Positions 60,501 through 64,000 of a stretch of 64,000 bases of DNA are shown here, piece by piece. Both the position numbers and the translations under genes were made by a program. Source of the DNA: Botryllus schlosseri (Eukaryota); the NCBI GenBank assembly GCA_051294905.1, contig CM119386.1:8494001-8558000 (forward strand), in the 5' to 3' direction. The stretch's first letter is position 1. Each line of letters starts with the position of its first letter. The notes under the pieces were generated by a model. That model was given only the letters and a program-made list of their open reading frames with translations, was not told where the DNA came from and did no database searches.

Positions 60501-63350
60501 AAACAGGACAAACGTAAGGTAAAATTTCGTCCTGCATCACCAATATTACATAAGTTTTCCACCTTCTTGCTCCGTGTATTACCGTACTCAGCCGTGGTAA
60601 AAGCAGTCATCGTAAAGGTACTCAAGTAAAAGTAGATGAAATGTCATAAATTTCTACTCAAGTAGGCTACTAGTAGAACTAGCAATTCCAACTGAAAAAG
60701 AAAGTATTAAAGGCCTAGTTTTGGCTAAAATAACGAAACCTGTGAATTAGAAGGGGTGTAAGATCATAATCCCTAGGGTGTCAGTGGATAAAACCTACTT
60801 GACCACTCCAAAACAGTTGAAGTACTTTGTTACTGACCAGCTCTGATGTACTATATCAATAAACTTCAAACTGAAATCTCAGAAAGCATAATTAAACTGA
60901 AAATCACCAACTCCTGAGTTAACTTGGAACGGCAAATTACATAAAATTGAATTAGAAAAATTCACCATTTTTTCTGTGTCGGAACCATTCAACAAGCGTT
61001 CTTTTCCGCTTTTGGTGTCAAGAAGTCGGCCGATGGCAAATGCTGCGTTCATACCCCGCCCTACAAAGTTGGAAATGCAAGTATTTTACCACGCAGATGA
61101 TCGAAACAAATTAAACTATCCTCTGACACATCACGCCGTTTGCTATTTTATCGTATCTGACGTTTGATGTTACCAAATACTTTACGGGTCGTTAAAATCT
61201 TGTAATCATACAGAATACGTTTGTAGCTGTGCGAATGGTAATAGAAATTAAACATGAAACACGAAACCCATACATTGTTCCCGGCTTGTATCATCATCAC
61301 CGATGGTCTGACACGGTCAATGAATGGAAAAGTCTTTGTGCGTGTAAACTAAACCCACATTTGTGGCTTTACTTGAATCCATCTTTTCACAAATTTAGCC
61401 GAGCCCGACAATTTCGTCACACGTTTCAAAAAATATCAAGCCCAAGATGCCATGCCGAGTATTGCTTGTTCCGAATGTGGTGAGAGGGTAGGTACAAACA
61501 TCTCAGTTATGGTCAATATTTGTGTTGTGTAAGGAGAAATGACATGTCAAAATACAATTAAAATACACATTTTCTGCAGGAAAAAGAAGAAGGAGATTAA
61601 TGTAGAAGTGTGTCTTAAACATCAGTACCGATGATATAGTCCTGAAAATATACTACATATTTCAGATTCATTGGTAGCCACTTAACATCCCAGTAAAAAC
61701 TATGTAAATCAGTAAGGAAACCATGACCTTGATGCCGCCCGTAGTGCAAATTTGTGACAGCACTCAACAGTACCCAGTACAATATGCAGTTACCGTACTA
61801 AAGTTTATCTTCATATAATTGATAGCCTGAGATTTAGAAATTCTAATGTCTAAATTTATAATGTACAGGGACAATTGTACATTAAATAAATTGAAGGGGT
61901 CAGATCTGGTTGGTAAACACGCCCTTCAAGATACCGCAACGTGCGTACGAACTGAAGAAACACACCAACAGCTAAATGGAAGCTTTGTACTATTTGTTAT
62001 GGTCTTACAAAAACAATAAGACACAGACTTGGCCCTTGGCTCGACCGAAAGAGGATATCGCTTTACTAAATTCACAATCAAGTGCACGCTCCTGGCTCTG
62101 AAGGATTATTGAAAAAAACTCAAAGTGCTTCATATTCACTCAAGTATTTGAATAGAGTGCTTGATAGTAAGGCATACAAGGGCAGTCTAGGGGTATTTAC
62201 TACAGGCTCACTTCACGTTGCATTAGTGAAATCCAAACAATTCAATGTAATAATATGGTGCGGAAACAATAGCCTATTTTGTGTTATACCAAACTTTACC
62301 TCTCCCAAGTTCAAAACAAGGTAGCTTGGACACAAACTTACAACTTCCCGACTGATTGATACCATTGTTGTGAGGAATTACGAGATTCCTTTACAATAAA
62401 AGTAAAAAAGCTATCTCATTTGGATTTCATTATCATCAAGATCGTTTTAGGCTATCAGGAAAGGCCAGATTGAATCTTGTCACAGTGAGATGATGCTAAT
62501 ATTTGACAACAAACACATAACAGTGGCTTAGTGCACCATATGTGTTGCTTTGTCGTCAATTGAAGAACGTAGTGTACTTCTAATTAAATTCCAATAAAAA
62601 ATCTGTTACCCATAAACCTGTCTGACGTTTTATTAGCGTCAAATTCATCATGACAATATCATGAAATAAATTGAAATATAGGCTTAAAACCGAAAGCTAT
62701 CCTAGCCAACTATGTCCATTGGACAGTAGCATTACCTGCAGAATCGTTACCGAGAGATTGAACAATTCTCTGCAGAATATAGCTTGAACGGCTGTGGTCC
62801 AGTAAGGACTTTCTTCCCAATTCAGATATTGTTAATCTGCAAAAGCATATGCCGAATATGATTTTGACAAAACCTAATAATAACTAGACACAATTAATAC
62901 GAAGTAGAATTAAAGTGATGGCCGTTTTGAACACATATAGAGGGTCGGTATTTAATTGTGATATAGTAAAGTATTATCCGTATTATTGCTGAATATTGCC
63001 GTACCTATGGACGCATAGTAAAATTTTCCAAACACATAAAATCAGATCACAATCCGCAACTTAGGCAAAACTACCATTGTTTGGTAATATTTGTATGAGG
63101 TTACTATACATACAATAATTATACATGAAAAAACAAATTACCAAATCCTAGTAAGGTACAATTACCACGTCCAGGATTGGGAATAAGTTTAGCAGCAATC
63201 AATTGACCGTAAGACTCACCTTGCAAGTACGAGTGCTGAATTACTTGCAGTCCAGTGATTTTCCGACCCAAGCAGGAACGTGGTATTTGTTATCATTGCA
63301 TCAGCGCAAGCTTGTTCCAGCATCCAAGCTCTGCCTTCCTCTGTTTCTGC
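45594..63350 (-). CDS. Uncharacterised armadillo-like repeat + 3x fibronectin type III protein with long basic disordered tail; 5' end beyond window. Exons: 63350-63220, 62836-62736, 61060-60966, 59957-59761, 59694-59585, 58641-58483, 57582-57442, 56234-56109, 56045-55899, 55496-55300, 54456-54253, 53750-53541, 52280-52163, 50076-49293, 48964-48918, 48771-48585, 46248-45594
   Basis: 17 GT-AG exons chain in compatible phase to 3609 nt (1202 aa + stop). ARM-like helices (NSALVLARL, NAAFAIGRL, NACFAISCLA, WFSAMTLKTI). Three FN3 repeats with the typical W, Y and L-x-P-x-T-x-Y pattern (LQPFTAY, LTPSTRY, LTPDTDY). The FN3 exons are best supported; 48964-48918 is the weakest. Confidence 0.85.
46405..46515 (-). 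mobile_element. L2/CR1-like 3' end (family A), degenerate
   Basis: ttcaatacaccaaaagaatgcgataaaaagaaaagataggaagg...atcagacactcacc. Confidence 0.6.
46915..47430 (+). repeat. Unclassified dispersed repeat, also present at about 53085-53310
   Basis: attccagccggatcga.tttgtcggcctg.aaaatccgt...caataattttgc.acaccatc and agaatatcattgtagtagg.cagtaacgaagt occur at both sites; the second copy has an internal deletion. Confidence 0.7.
50335..51321. mobile_element. hAT (Ac-type, TAGAGGTC termini) non-autonomous element carrying a nested foldback
   Basis: Termini tagaggtcggccgat / tgacctcta; TSD gtactgac / gtacagac (7/8); GCCGAT subterminal repeats. Confidence 0.85.
50677..51121. mobile_element. TA-flanked foldback/MITE with ~200-bp arms and ~43-bp loop
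   Basis: 50677-50878 is the near-perfect reverse complement of 50922-51121; TA|GGGTCC...GGACCC|TA. Confidence 0.9.
52676..52986 (+). mobile_element. Full-length tRNA-derived SINE (family B)
   Basis: A box tagcgtaatgg, B box ggttcgattcc, then gggtcagaccaaag...ggtatccatgacttccctgcttggcgctcatgcatta core and 3' tail. Confidence 0.9.
54925..55190 (-). mobile_element. Near full-length tRNA-derived SINE (family B)
   Basis: Reverse complement of the 52676 copy with A box tagcgtagtgg; internal deletion. Confidence 0.88.
56529..56939. mobile_element. hAT MITE (TAGGGCAAG termini) with TTGCAAC repeats
   Basis: TIR tagggcaagttttt / aaaaacttgccctg; perfect TSD gttatcaa. Confidence 0.9.
57770..57900 (-). 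mobile_element. L2/CR1-like 3' end (family A), degenerate
   Basis: Preceded by a tcattcattcatt tail; aaagataggaagg...tttgaaatcagacacc. Confidence 0.6.
59080..59115 (-). mobile_element. SINE family B 3'-tail fragment
   Basis: tatatttttgtccttggtgttttcgcggcatacac. Confidence 0.6.
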
Positions 63351-63754
63351 CTGAATATGAAGAATGGTTATAAAATAATGATATGTGGCCCATATTTTTC
63401 AGGAACCAAGTTTATCAATAAACATTTTTCAGACTTGGAATGATCGTTTGAGCCAGCGGATGGGCGTGTGGAATTTTACAGCTCATGTATAAAACATTTG
63501 AATGTCATTTGTTTATATGTATCAGAAGATATAACAATCGGTTGATTCATTGAGTAATGTTACCATATTTGTAATACCACTTTCTGTGACATGGTGGGTC
63601 TCTGCATTTTATATGCGACCCCATTTGTGAACAACCACAAAAATGCAAATCAGCGGTGATTTTAAAACTTCTGTTATAGACCTGTCTCAAGTAAAGCCCA
63701 ATGCACAATACACAGTGCACACACTTAAATAAAAACTGTATAAGATGCAATGTT

Positions 63755-64000
63755 TCAATTCAATTTATTGCCAAAAAATTCATCATTTCGAAATACAGCA
63801 AGACTGCAATACAATGAAAGAAAGGAAGGTGTCGGAACGACTTGGAGTAGTCTTCGAAATCAGACACCCATCTGGCCTAGGGGATGTAAAAAAGGAGGCA
63901 TGTACACTGAATGAAAAGTAAAAGAAAATAATATAAAAGGACAGGTGACAACGGAAGGTGAGATCGATATGTCAGGTGGCGGTCCGGTAAACTAGAATGC
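63755..64000 (-). mobile_element. L2/CR1-like 3' end (family A), runs to window edge
   Basis: Colinear with 34151-34400; ttcaattcaatttatt tail (AATAAA + TTGAA repeats on the minus strand). Confidence 0.78.

Overview
Eukaryotic (metazoan) genomic DNA: AT-rich, with GT-AG spliceosomal introns and no prokaryotic operons or CRISPR arrays. The repeat landscape and short introns suggest a marine invertebrate deuterostome, possibly an ascidian (weak inference). Six protein-coding loci were reconstructed by hand with exon-phase checks. (1) A minus-strand secreted gene model: signal peptide, Cys-rich exon, EGF-like exon, one ~5 kb Ser/Thr-rich mucin-like exon, and five olfactomedin-domain exons (293-17093). 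An in-frame TAA interrupts it just before a phase-compatible splice donor. (2) A Ubc6/UBE2J2-like E2 lacking the usual C-terminal membrane anchor. (3) A C2H2 zinc-finger protein. (4) An RNF212/Zip3-like meiotic RING E3. (5) A divergent 14-3-3. Genes 2-5 all have intronless CDS and lie within 12 kb. (6) A 17-exon minus-strand gene, 5' end outside the window, with armadillo-like repeats, three FN3 domains and a long disordered tail. Non-coding space holds about 17 hAT-type MITEs (most with matching or near-matching 8-bp TSDs), tRNA-derived SINEs, L2/CR1-like 3' ends, two long foldback elements and a templated-insertion duplication.
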